Assembly (NCBI GenBank): GCA_001600815.1
Contig: BCKZ01000017.1
Location: 473,970-537,969 of the forward strand
From: Alloascoidea hylecoeti
Lineage: Eukaryota
Direction of reading: 5' to 3'
DNA: 64,000 nt
Below, piece after piece: positions 23,742-36,161 of this stretch. The first letter of the stretch is position 1, and every line of letters starts with the position of its first letter. The translations under genes and the position numbers were made by a program. The notes under the pieces are model-generated. The model saw only the letters and a list, made by a program, of their open reading frames with translations. It did not search any database and was not told the origin of the DNA.

Positions 23742-24614
23742 TTAATTCTTTGGTGCTTCTTTGAAAGAAATAGCTGCTTCTTCACCCATTGCTGAAATAA
23801 CAGTAATCAATAAATCTTTACCATCATCAAAAGCTGATTGAATAGAATCACCCAATTCACCTTCTGGAACTCTAACATCATCTTTTGTATCACCATCAGA
23901 AGTGAATAAATTTAAATATCCATCATCAATATCCAATAAAGTATATTCAGTTCTTGAAACATTTGGTACCTCCATATTATGAGTAGATGGTGATAAATCT
24001 TCCAATTTCTTTCCAGTGAAAATATCAATTGCAACTAAATGAACTTTAGCATGACCATGCTTACCAGTTTTAGATGTTGACATATCAACAATTTTGCATG
24101 GTCTTTGTTTAATAACAACAAATCCATTTTTACGGAGTGATGAACATTGTAATGGATAAGTAAGGGAGGCTCCTGCTGAGGCTTGTTCGAAATGATGCTA
24201 TTAAAAAACGATTGTAATTGTTAGAAAAATTATTCGTTATATGCATAGAAAAACAAGATGTATCTGTTAAAATTATAATATTGTGTAATCATGAAGCAAA
24301 AAAAGATGGAAACAAAGCAATAACAATAATCAAAGTCAGTTAATAAAGAATAGAAAAAATTGTACAATTATAAAATGAATGAAATAATACAAATAGTTTA
24401 ATTAAAAATGTTCAATGATTAAAGAAATTTTAAATTTCAACCAAAAACAAAATAATTAAAATATCAACCAATCATCCATCCATTTATTTATAATCTTTTT
24501 TCTTATCTCCATGCTGACAAATTATAACTGTATAACCATAATCAAATCAAAATTATATCAATTGCAATTATAAATCAAAAAATTAATTCAAAAACTTACT
24601 TCTTCGTCTGACAT
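23742..24614 (-). CDS. HYP2: Translation factor eIF5A, 2 exons (24600-24614, 23742-24197; 402-nt intron)
   Basis: Hypusine motif [12 protein letters not shown]; exon 1 MSDEE then GTAAGT; exon 2 [25 protein letters not shown]. Confidence 0.97.
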
Positions 24615-24733
24615 GTTTCAAAAAAGGTTCGGTATAAATGGAAAAAAGAAGAAGCAAACCAGCAAAGCAAAAAAAAAAAAACTCTCAACCAAAAGTAAGT
24701 TTCAACTCTATGGGCGTATATTTCAGTATACAA

Positions 24734-25075
24734 TATAGTTAGTCCACTTAATTTCGGCCAATATAGTTCCTAACGATCAGGTATTGTCATAGCTAATATT
24801 CCGCCAAGTTTGCTGCCGGAAGTTGGGCAAACGCAGCAGGAGCTCCATAGAACATCGAAGCCACATACCTGACTGATGGCTCCTTTTCACATGACTAGTC
24901 TAGAATATACGTATAAACCTATAGTTACAAGTCTAGTCCATTCTGAATGATTCATGAAGAAATTATTAGTTCCCTGTACAGTTATTAACCGGCAATAATA
25001 CGGTTGAAAATTAGTTATGGTGATGGCCGATAATTAGTAGTCAACATGGACTAAATCAAGTATTGTAGCGTACAA
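24734..25075. mobile_element. Degenerate copy of the CAGT-type MITE family
   Basis: Left arm TAGTTAGTCCACTTAATTTCGGCC and right arm AAAATTAGTTATGG..CCGATAATTAG..AAATCAAGT resemble the arms of the 21.6-kb element. Confidence 0.45.
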
Positions 25076-25170
25076 TTGAGACTGATATATCAATATTAAT
25101 AAATTAAAAATATATGAACGCATAAAATATACAAATATAAACAAATAACCTTGAATATTTTGGTAATTTG

Positions 25171-25391
25171 TTACTGTTTTGGTTTTGGTGGTGGTTTCCT
25201 AATTGAAGCTAACAATAATAAATCTTCTTCAATTTCATCATCATTAGCCATTGAAGGACCATGATAATGTTTTGTAATTTTTGTTAGTGCAGCAGTTCCA
25301 TTAATATCATCATCCTGACCACTTGATCTACCACCAGAAATAAAACCATTTTTTTTCCTACCATTTTTAATTGATGATGATGATGAATATC

Positions 25392-25451
<60 letters not shown>

Positions 25452-25958
25452 CACTATCATATTGTACTTGTGGATGATCTAATAATTTATCATCAATTTC
25501 TCCCCATAATGATCCTAGATCATCTATTTGAATTGATGATGATTTTAAAGATAATTGGGCTAATGATGATGATGATGATGAATTTTTTAATAAATTTCTT
25601 GATCTTGTTGATCTTTTTTGTGGTGATGAATCACTTTGATTATTATTAGGATTGTTATTGTTAAATGTTGATTTTTTATTATCTGATTGTTCTGATATTT
25701 CTTCAACTTCTCTTAATCTTTTTCTTTTCCTTGATGATTGTGTACCTTCATATTCACTACCACTTGTACCACTATTTCCATCTATTGTATTATAACCTCT
25801 GTTTAATTGAACGCCTTTTGATTCCGAATAAACTTTTTGAAATAATGAATTGTTATGTTCATCATTATTTCTATGTTCATTATCTGTTTCATTTTCAGTT
25901 TCAATCCCATTTTCATTTTCATTTTCATTTTCATTAAAATCATCAATTTCATTATCAC

Positions 25959-26018
<60 letters not shown>

Positions 26019-26765
26019 CATTATTATTATTGTTATTATCATTATCATTATTAAAATTTAATTTTATTTTCCCAGTACCAAAACTTGAAGTTAATAATTC
26101 TGATCTAATTGAACTTATATCAATTAATTTTTTTTTATCATTTGAAAATAATTTAATTTGATGTTGTAATAATGATTTAAAATTTTTTTTTTTATTTTCA
26201 ATTAATTTTTTTTTTAAATTTAAAATTTCATTCATTTTAAAATTAAATTCTTTTAAATATGATGATTTTAAATAATTTCGATATAAATACAATCTTAATA
26301 ATTCTGAGTCTCGATATTCTTCTAAATCTTTAAATTTATCATTAAATTCTGAATCTTGTTTAGTTTCTTTAATGTTTTCAATTTCAATTTCATGTTCATG
26401 TTCATGCTCATTTTCATTTTCTTCAGCATTTTTATCATCATCATCAACATCTTCTTCTTCTACTTCATTTTTATTATCTTTTGAATTTTTCGTTATATTC
26501 ATATCATTAAGATTACTCAAATCAAGTAATGTATCAATTCTATGTTTTAAATTTCTCGATTGAACTTCACAAATTTGAGTTTTACCATTTTCAAAATATG
26601 AATATAATTGTCCTAATTGAACACCTAATTGTGAAACTCTTTTATGTTTACGAGCACCATTTGCTGATGTTATTTCAGCATTTGAATTTTCAATTATTTC
26701 ACTTGTGTTTGTTATACCGTTATAAGTATCATATTGATGTTGCTGTTGTTGATATTGATACTCAT

Positions 26766-26796
<31 letters not shown>

Positions 26797-27363
26797 CTGT
26801 TGTTCTTGTTGCTGTTGTTGTTGTTGTTCTTGTTGCTGTTGGTGATATTGTTGATATTGTTGATATTGTAGTTGTTGTTGATATTGTGATGGTGGTGGTT
26901 GTTGTTGATATTGTAACTGTTGTGCTTGTGGTTGTTGTAGGTATTGCTGTTGATGATAGATGTAAGGATTATTTGGTATCCAATTATGGGCATTCATTAC
27001 ATTAGAAGATGGATTATGTTTCCAATTATTTAAGAAAAAAGCAACACCATTATCAGCTGCTGAAGCATCTAAATCTGGATTGAATTCTTCTTGATCAACA
27101 GCTAATGTTGAAACGAGATTTGCTGCCAGTTGTATAATTATTGGGTCATCATCAATACGATTCTTTCCTTTTGTATTTGGTGATGATTCTATTTTATCAT
27201 TGTCTTTTTCATCTTCTTCATTATCATTTACATATTTTCCTTTTTTGTTATTACCTTTTTTGATGATTGGTGTTGATGAATGATCATTATTGGGGTTATT
27301 ATTGTTATTGTTGTTGGTAACAGTAGGAGGAGGAGTACTATTATCTGTTGACATTTTATCCAT
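25171..27363 (-). CDS. SDS3: Sds3-like subunit of the Rpd3L deacetylase complex, with long poly-Q/poly-N expansions
   Basis: KDLEEYRDSELLRLYLYRNY resembles Sds3 RDLEEERDLELVRLRLFEEY; C-terminal DEIEEDLLLL; (AAT)n and (CAA)n tracts. Confidence 0.7.
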
Positions 27364-28437
27364 TTAACCCAACCACGTGCACATAAACCTGTAAATATAC
27401 AAATATAATAATAAATTTAAAATATACTTGAATGATGATAAATAAAAGATGTTGGAATATATTTTTGAATTATATTGGGGACGTAGAGGTTTATTGGTAT
27501 AAGGTCGGTTGTTAAGAAAAAGAGAAAAAGAAAAAAAGGAAAGAAAAAAAAAGTTTGGTTAAGTTTAAAATCTAAAAGCTAAAATAGTAATTAATTAGGC
27601 GAAAATGGAATATAATTAATGAACGACAAGAAATAATTAATGATGAATTAGGAAATGAATATAATAAAAAATTTAAAATGAAATAACAAAGGGTTTTACT
27701 GTTTAAATAAAAAATTAATGGGAAATAACATTGTTTATTTAACTATTATTATTAATGCATGTTATCTATTGGGTTGTAATGATTAACATTGACATATTTT
27801 TATATCATTTAGTAGAACCAGATCAAAATATATCGAGATATTTATATATTCTTTCAATAATCCCTATAGATATTCTATATTGGACTGCCATCAAGTACAC
27901 AATTAATATTACAGCCGACGTCGATTAAGGTATTCAAGTCAAACAAACAACGCATTAACACAGTTGCAGATATCTAACACATTCTCTAGCTATCATTTGT
28001 CTATAGCTATACCTCATGAAGATATATACCTCATTAATTCTTCCATTTAGTCATAAATATAGAAACAAATTTAAATGATGATGTTTATAAAGATAGACAT
28101 ATCTTAAAATTGTGTTTGGTATTTTTATGCAGGGTGGTTTACAAAAGAGAAATAAACATACATGGACATGCATATCTTACAACTTCCGGTCAACACCAGC
28201 TAATTATCTATAGAGCTATCAATATATTCTTTATATATATAGGTGGATAGAACAGATATAACCGACATGGAAAGACATCTCGAAAGTTTTAGCTAAGAAA
28301 CATTCCATTTGAAATTGTCTTGGAAAATGATGTTCAGATTTTGTTCCGAAACATTACTTGAACAAGTTCCGGAAAACACAAACAGAATATTAAGTTTATG
28401 AACAAATTGGAGATAATCTAATACATCAAACACAAAG

Positions 28438-30417
28438 ATGATAAATATCAAAATTACATTCAATTATATTTATAATTATAACTTCATCCCATTTATTATT
28501 CTATGTTTGATATATACAACTCCAACTATAGCTAATGGTCAAGGAATACTTTCTGATCCGCTCCCTATTCCAAAATCAATAATATGGGGAGATTCTGGGC
28601 CTTTGAATATCGACATTGATAAAATCAGTTTATTAATGAATTGTAGTGATTCAGAAAATGAAGATATTATTAGAAAGGCTTTCGACCGAATAATTAAGAC
28701 TATTGGTGATGAGAAATGGATACCACAAACTGGACCGGTATATAATCATAATGACCGTTATGAATTTAATCAACATCAACAAGGGGATCAAAAACTATTA
28801 TATGATTTATATAATGAATATGGAAATGAGAATGATAATGAATTGGAATTTATAAAGATTAATATATCTAATGATGATGTTGAATTACAACATGGTATTA
28901 ATGAATCATATACAATTAAAATTGAATATAATAATCCATATATTGAAATCAGCGCAAATACAATATGGGGTATACTTAATTCTTTTTCAACATTTGAACA
29001 ACTTATTATATATAATGAAATAACAACAAATTTTTATATTGAACAACCTGTTGAAATTATAGATGAACCTGATTTTTCATATAGAGGTATTATGATTGAT
29101 ACAGCAAGGAATTTTTATTCAATTGATTCATTAAAAAGAACAATTAATATAATGAATTTATGTAAATTAAATGTTTTACATTTACATTTAACTGATACAC
29201 AATCATGGCCAATTTTTATAAATAATTATCCAGCAATGATTAATGATGCTTATTCCTCAGATGAAATTTATTCAAATGATGATATTAAAAATTTAGTTTT
29301 ATATGCAAAAGAAAGAGGTATTAGATTAATTCCTGAATTAGATACACCTGGTCATTCATCATCTGGTTGGAAACAAATTGATCCTGATTTAATTACTTGT
29401 TCTGAAGCTTGGTGGAATGATGTTGCTGTTGAACCAGGTCCAGGACAATTAGAAATATTAAATCCTAATCTTTATAAAATTTTAAAAATTATTTATGATG
29501 AATTAAGTTCATTATTTATTGATGATTTTTTTCATGTTGGATTTGATGAATTAAATATAAATTGTTATAAAATTTATTCAAATTTAACTATTGATTGGTT
29601 TAATGAAAATTCATCAAGAACTTTTAATGATTTAGCTCAATATTGGATTGATAATTCATTACCTATTTTTAATAATACTAAAAATAGAAGATTAATAATG
29701 TGGGAAGATTCAATAACTAATAAAGATTTTTCAGCAATTAATATACCAAAAGATATTATATTACAATCATGGAGTTTTTCTTCATTAAATAACGTTAAAA
29801 AATTAACTTCAATGGGTTATGATGTAATTATATCATCTGCTGATTTTTTATATCTAGATTGTGGTTTTAGTTCATTCTTAACAAATGATCCAAGAATTGA
29901 TGTTATTTCAGATGGTAGTGATGAATTTAATTATGGGAAAGGAGCTGGTGGTTCATGGTGTGGTCCATATAAATCATGGCAAAGATTATATGATTTTGAA
30001 TTTTTAAGTAATTTAACAGATGATGAAAAAGATCATGTTATTGGTGGTAGTGTTGCATTATGGTCTGAACAAAGTGATGGCAATACAATTGATACAAAGT
30101 TATGGCCCAGGGTTGCAGCTTGGGCTGAAAATATTTGGTCAGGGAATAAAGATGTTAATGGTAAGAACAGAGTTACAACAATGACACAAAGGATACTAAA
30201 TTTTAGGGAAAGATTGATTGGGAAAGGAATTGCAGCAGAAGCTTTGGTTCCAAAATATTGTATGAAGAATCCACATGCCTGTGATTTCACTAGAAATCAA
30301 TCTGCCGTTTATCCTAAATATATCTATAGCTCTAGTTCTATTAGTTATACTGTTAGTACTACTGGATACATCTGGTTATATTTATTCATCTGGTTAATTC
30401 TATATATAGTTATGTAA
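28438..30417 (+). CDS. HEX1: Beta-N-acetylhexosaminidase (GH20) with signal peptide and hydrophobic C-terminal tail
   Basis: YRGIMIDTARNF, LHLHLTDTQSWP, PELDTPGH, catalytic HVGFDE, YLDCG, GGSWCGPYKSWQRLY, LWSEQ, LWPR. Confidence 0.95.
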   Translation: MINIKITFNYIYNYNFIPFIILCLIYTTPTIANGQGILSDPLPIPKSIIWGDSGPLNIDIDKISLLMNCSDSENEDIIRKAFDRIIKTIGDEKWIPQTGPVYNHNDRYEFNQHQQGDQKLLYDLYNEYGNENDNELEFIKINISNDDVELQHGINESYTIKIEYNNPYIEISANTIWGILNSFSTFEQLIIYNEITTNFYIEQPVEIIDEPDFSYRGIMIDTARNFYSIDSLKRTINIMNLCKLNVLHLHLTDTQSWPIFINNYPAMINDAYSSDEIYSNDDIKNLVLYAKERGIRLIPELDTPGHSSSGWKQIDPDLITCSEAWWNDVAVEPGPGQLEILNPNLYKILKIIYDELSSLFIDDFFHVGFDELNINCYKIYSNLTIDWFNENSSRTFNDLAQYWIDNSLPIFNNTKNRRLIMWEDSITNKDFSAINIPKDIILQSWSFSSLNNVKKLTSMGYDVIISSADFLYLDCGFSSFLTNDPRIDVISDGSDEFNYGKGAGGSWCGPYKSWQRLYDFEFLSNLTDDEKDHVIGGSVALWSEQSDGNTIDTKLWPRVAAWAENIWSGNKDVNGKNRVTTMTQRILNFRERLIGKGIAAEALVPKYCMKNPHACDFTRNQSAVYPKYIYSSSSISYTVSTTGYIWLYLFIWLILYIVM

Positions 30418-31138
30418 GAATAGGGGCAAGTTATTTATTTATGATTTATGATTAATATTGTTTTAGAGTCTCTTTAAGTTCCAATTACCTAAAAAAATAA
30501 CCTCAGTTGTGACATGCATACGATCGCGAGTGTGGGAATTTAGTTTCTTTAACTAAGCTAAGTATATTATATACTTTGATTTTACTCACATACAAAAAGT
30601 TAGTAATATAAAATTAGGGATAGGATTTATAAAATAAGCGAAACAACATTGGCTATTTAAAACTCAACTTGACACAAAAGGAATAATTACTAGAAGGTTT
30701 AATTCTAGGGTTGCTTCCCACATCAAACGCCTTATACTTGATCCTACATGGTTCATTACATACATGTTTTGATAGTATTTGATACCCTAGGCCTTATTCA
30801 TGCTTCTTTTCCCTACAAACATTTACAATTTACAATAAAGTATAAAAATTAAAAATTCACTTCTTGCTGATAACGGATGTGTCGGATGGACTCGGACCCA
30901 ATGGGTTAAATTGCTACCAGGAACCTTATAGGTTCCTCTAGCCAGCTAAAGATAAATAGTTTCTAGCCGTACTACCTACCTATTAAGTTTAATACATATT
31001 CCTCTTCTTCTCCTAGCAGGTTCATTATCCTATCTGAAACAATAAAAATGATTTAGTATTTTCTGGTATAGGATGCAACACGTCAATTAAAATTTCAAAA
31101 ACATATATCATTATATCATAATTCCTGGGTATTATATA

Positions 31139-31444
31139 TTAGTTTGTATTATTATTTGTATTGTTATTATTTAAAGTATTTGTTGTTCTCATAGATCTTG
31201 TTTCAAGTGATTCTAACTCTTGAATTTCAAAATCATCTTCATCAAGTATAAATTCTCCATCATCTGATTCATAATCTGTATTAAACCATTTTTTTGATTT
31301 TGATTTTGATTTTGATTTTGATTTTGATTTATTTTTATGATTTTTATCTTTTGAATTATTATTTGTATTAACGTCACTATTTGGTAAAGATCCAATTAAC
31401 ATTCTTCTAAACCAACTACCTGATGGTTTAACTTGTGATTTTGA

Positions 31445-31479
<35 letters not shown>

Positions 31480-32905
31480 TGTTATTACTTTTTATTGATT
31501 GAGATGATAATTTTTTAACACCATCATTTGTAATTCGAAGTTTATGCTTTTTTTGTTTAACAAATGGAATATAACGTTTATTATCTTCCCACCATGATCT
31601 ATCTTTTGGTATGATTTTAAATTTATGTAATGGTTTTTGTTTAGTTATTATAGGTCCATTGAATGGTTTAATTTCTTGAATTTCTTCAGATGACAAATTT
31701 TGATCATTATCATTATTCGTTGAAAATGTATCATTTCCTTTTGATAATTGTAATTGAATTTTTTCTTCACGTTCAAGTTTTTCTTGTCGTACTGATTCTA
31801 ATAATTGTTTCATTAATTTATTATCTCTAAAAGCACGATCTCTCATAATAATTCGATCTTCATTTTCCCTTATTAATCCACTAATATTAACAATAATAAC
31901 GAGTAATAAAGGTGGCAAATAACCCATTAATCCAACAAATGGAATACTTGAATGAGTATTAAATGGTAAATAATGAATATTAAATGATCCAATTAATCCG
32001 AATGCAATATACGCAACTTCACATAATAATGCTAACCATATAACTAAAGGTATATTTTTAATTCTTTTAAACCATGATATTTTGACATCTTCAATACCTT
32101 CATCAACCCTTGAAATATTAACTTCTTTAATTCCAGAATAATAATGCATTATAAATATAAGTTGGTTGATCATTTGTATTAATGCGATAATTCCGATGAA
32201 AAATCCAGCTTTCCACCGGGGATTAACAAAATCATAAGCATCATTCTTTTTAACACCGTTCCAACCTCTTGGTATTAATAAGAAGAAACTAATCCAAGCA
32301 AAAGCATAAAAGAATATAGGCATCAAAATATGTAAATAAGTTCTTGTATCACCATAAACATATAAAAAAGGATGAGAATCAAAAACAGTTCTTTCTTGAA
32401 ATGTACCCCATCTTCTTATAAATTCCCAGCAAATAGCCAAAGAAATTGGGAAAGTTATTGTAAAGATAACACTATAACCTACTAAACCAGGACCTTGTAA
32501 ATAATCTCTATCAATATCAATTGAACAAAAACCAGCAATTGTTGCAAAAGCTTGTAATGTAATACACCAATACCATTCTCCTTTCCTACCTATTCTTTTA
32601 AATTGTTTAGTCTGTGGTAAAAAAAGAGTTCCATGTTTTCGTAAGTTAAACATTGATAAAACTATTAATAAAAACATTAAAATAGCCCATGCTAAACCAA
32701 TACCACCCCTTGCTGCTATTGGATAATACGGTATTGAACAACCAGCATAATTCCAAACAGTACCATTTTCGAATATTGTTGGTTGATATTCTCCAAACGA
32801 AAGGTAACAGTTGGAACCATTTGATAATGTACCGTTTGAATAAATTGTGTAGTTGAAACGATCTAGAGTTGTTTGGTTGTAGTCGTAAAATATTGGACCA
32901 TTCAT
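31139..32905 (-). CDS. DUF2434-like fungal multi-pass membrane protein
   Basis: FNYTIYSNGTLSNGSNCYL...NGT...RGGIG...LRKHG, IDIDRDYLQ; several TM segments; first ATG at 32905. Confidence 0.75.
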
Positions 32906-33714
32906 TTTTAGCAATAAATTTAAAAGCTTATGTACTGGTATAATTATAAGTCTTAAGTATTAATGATGTGAATGGAATGAGTATTAGTATTTCAATATAT
33001 TTATATACTTAGCTGAATTAGCTTAATATATAAGCAGATTTATGGTGTACACTTTTATTTAGTTATAAGATTTGGTGATGGAAGGAAAACAAGTAAGAAA
33101 AAATAAATGAGGTTTGATGATTTATAGTTTATAGCAATGAATGCGGAATATTATAATTACCAGCATTATGCTTTATTCCCGACTCTGATTGGAAAAAGCG
33201 ATGACTTCATAATATTGACAACCATGATAAGAACCGTTTTAACAATCGCAAAATGTCCTTACATACAAATCTTGAAAACACTATAATGATTATTTAGAAA
33301 TTGATTTATGGGTATGAATCATATAAAGAACGTTATCTTTTTAATGCGTTAGCTTTTTATGTGTCAAAATCGGTTGTTTCTCATTCCGAGTCCGGGCTTC
33401 GTCTGGAAAATGAGGATCATTGCTAGTAACTGGTATCTTCATCCCTTTAGAAAATTTGGGTGATATACTTACTAGTTATGTTAATAACATCTTTAATGAA
33501 ATGTTTACAATTGAGAAATCAACGAAAGATGAGTAAGAGATAGATAGGATAAATCGTAACAACCGCGAGGGTTTTATAATTAAACATTGTGAGTTCAGAA
33601 AATCATCTCCGCTAAACGACGCCAAATATCCGTAGAATCTTTAAAAAAAACTATCAGATTATTATGTGTCTCACCTAAGATGAGTACCTTTTAAAATATA
33701 GACAATAAACGAAA

Positions 33715-34814
33715 TGGTTTGCCACCAACAACCCTTGATTATAGAAAAGTATCTAAATCATGGAAACAAATAGTTAGATGTATTTGTTGAGATTAATTAA
33801 CTTAATATATATTTAAAGTCTCAGAAGTTTATTTTAAATAACTCAGATAAGATAGAAAAACAACACTACAAGATATTAGAGTTCTTGATATATAAGTAGG
33901 TCTATTAACTTCCTAGAATGGCGGTAAGATGGGCAATCTTTTGAAATAATAATATATTTTATTTAAAAACAAATTATCTATCTATTAAATCAATATTTTA
34001 TAGTTCTATTTAGACTATCATGAAGTCTAAAGATTCAACTAAGTCAGCTGCTTCTGTGGCATCAAAGTGTAAACCACAACAGTATTGATATTAATGATAA
34101 ATATTTGGTTTCTGGTTCAACTGATGGTTCTTGTATAGTTTGGAAATTACCAGATTTTAAACCAATACATCGTTTGACAGCTCCAACACAAATAAATAAT
34201 AATTTATTTATAGATGATGTTGCTCTATACGATGACTATATTGTTTGTTCTGAGCTTATTTACATTACTATTTGGAAATCAAGTCTTGATAATTTTGGAC
34301 ATCAATTACGTATACAGTTTAACTTACAACACAATATAGATGGAAAAGGCCGCATCAACAGTATTCGCATTCATTATGGTATTGTATATAGTTCAGGTTT
34401 GAGGTTTATAAGAGCGTGGAATATTGAAACTGGTCAATTAATCCAAGAATTTAAATATCCCTCTATAAAATGCTTCACAGTTAATTATCAAAACTTATTT
34501 GTTGGTGAATATGGCAAACTAACAGTTCGCGATTTACAAACAAATAAAATAAAAAATATTTCAACTAAGAGCATCGGATTTATGTATAGTTGATAATAAA
34601 CTCATTACAATTTTTTTTAGTTGCGATTCTATTATAAGGATTTGGAATATAGGTGATCGAATGCTAGCATTATTTCAGCTAGAGATTTAAAATATAAAAG
34701 ATCTGTTTTTTGTTATCAATATATGCTGATTCGAAAAGATTGGCTGTTGTAACTTTGGAAGATATTATTGTTTATGAGTTTACTGAAAGGAAGAGGTATT
34801 TAAAACATCAATAA
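33715..34814 (+). pseudogene. F-box/WD40 family copy 1 (internal deletion, LTR insertion, frameshifts)
   Basis: LPPTTL..RKVSKSWK at about 33720; resumes IDINDKYLVSGSTDGSCIVWKLPDFKPIHRL at 34082; collinear with 41501-42757 to the end. Confidence 0.9.
33785..34081. mobile_element. Solo LTR, 297 bp, TGTTG...CAACA, 5-bp TSD GTATT
   Basis: GTATT at 33780-84 and 34082-86; removing it restores the ATGTATTGATATTAATGATAAA seen in sister copies; internal TATATAA. Confidence 0.88.
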
Positions 34815-35445
34815 GTATTAAGTCATTATTACGTATTTGGAGTCCCAACTAGAGTTTACCACGATTTACAGAAACGTTAATGTTTTCGGAGATTAGAAAT
34901 TTATTTTCGTTGATTGTAAAATAAATTTTTAATACGAAAAACTTACGGAAATTATTTACCCGGTCATCCTGATATATACGCCGTCGAGGGTAAACACAGG
35001 ACTGGATTCAAATGTTGAAAATTGTGTAATTTGGTGGATAATTTCTATAGTTATGCCTTTACTATAGATTAAATCAACTATAAAATCTCTGTTATATATT
35101 AAACTTGTGAATTTCAAGCTTGCCAATAGATTGCTCATAAAACTAATCCAAACTATAGTTCCCCTATAATTCTTCTAATATAGGCCTATATGCTCTTTGA
35201 AATCTATTCCTAATACCCATTGTTGTGATATCGTTGTCAGCATTATTAACATCAGTTTCAAGAATATTGTTCAAATAATGGCAATTTACTGCTGTTAGAT
35301 CCAAATTTAAAGCGGGAAAGTTTTTACGGTAAGAATAGTCACATGCTTACATCAGGTGATCTACGGAAATAACGTTTACTGAAACGTGTACGGACGACTC
35401 AATCGTGGTAAGCCAATTGATTATGTGCAATTAGCTGCGATCGCT

Positions 35446-35962
35446 GAGCAGAACCCTTTGGCGAGTAATAATCCGAGCAGGTTATATCATAGAATTATAA
35501 CAGTCTTAAATACTTCTAATTGTCAAAGTCTGGCTTCCGCGAACGCTTTCGAGCACAAAACTTTAGGCGATCTGGTGAAAATTAGTCAGAATTGGGAGCA
35601 AGGTTTTCATTACGAGGCTGCACAGTGCACACGATCATTTACGACGTAGGATGAGATTTACGTAAAGGGGGATATTGTGAGCACGGTAGTAGCCGTGCAT
35701 CGCTTAAAGTTTTGTGCTCGAAAGCGTTCGCGGAAGCCAGACTTTGGGGGGGCGAGCAACTCGCTTGACCGTTTCGTAGAGTAGTCAGTGCTCGCCTTCT
35801 TGTAACTCATACATTCTTCCTTTTTGAAAGTTTTAAATGTTCGTCTTCAGCTCGCGAGAATACTTAAATATTTGGCCCTTCTTAACAATTAGAAGTATTT
35901 AAGACTGTTATAATTCTATGATATAACCTGCTCGGATTATTACTCGCCAAAGGGTTCTGCTC
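35446..35962. repeat. Long interrupted foldback (78-bp perfect + 48-bp near-perfect inverted repeats)
   Basis: 35446-35523 = revcomp 35885-35962; 35524-35571 = revcomp 35699-35746 (1 mismatch). Confidence 0.92.
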
Positions 35963-36161
35963 CGCCTCGCATGCTATGCGCGGCGTACTGGCCGTTATAA
36001 AACTTATATTTTTTTTTCACCCTGATAACTCCGATCGTGAAAAAAAATTATTATCTTGACTGCTTTATTCTCTGATAACACGTACGTCCGTTACTATAAA
36101 AAATCGGACTTCCACACCACCCTTTCTTTTTTTTTTTCCGTTTCGAAAATCACAAGAAAAA

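Noticed and set aside
25371..27005. Poly-I/Y/V/L ORFs overlapping SDS3 (also those at 4588-5030 and 11799-12097)
   Set aside because: Shadow frames of (AAT)n, (CAA)n and 12-bp coding repeats
28330..28437. CACAAA and TTCCG motifs as Ndt80/Rep1-type GlcNAc-response sites
   Set aside because: Short motifs expected by chance in AT-rich DNA; no independent support
35680..35705. AGCCGTGCAT as group II intron domain V
   Set aside because: Lacks the full DV stem-loop and downstream DVI; it is part of a local hairpin
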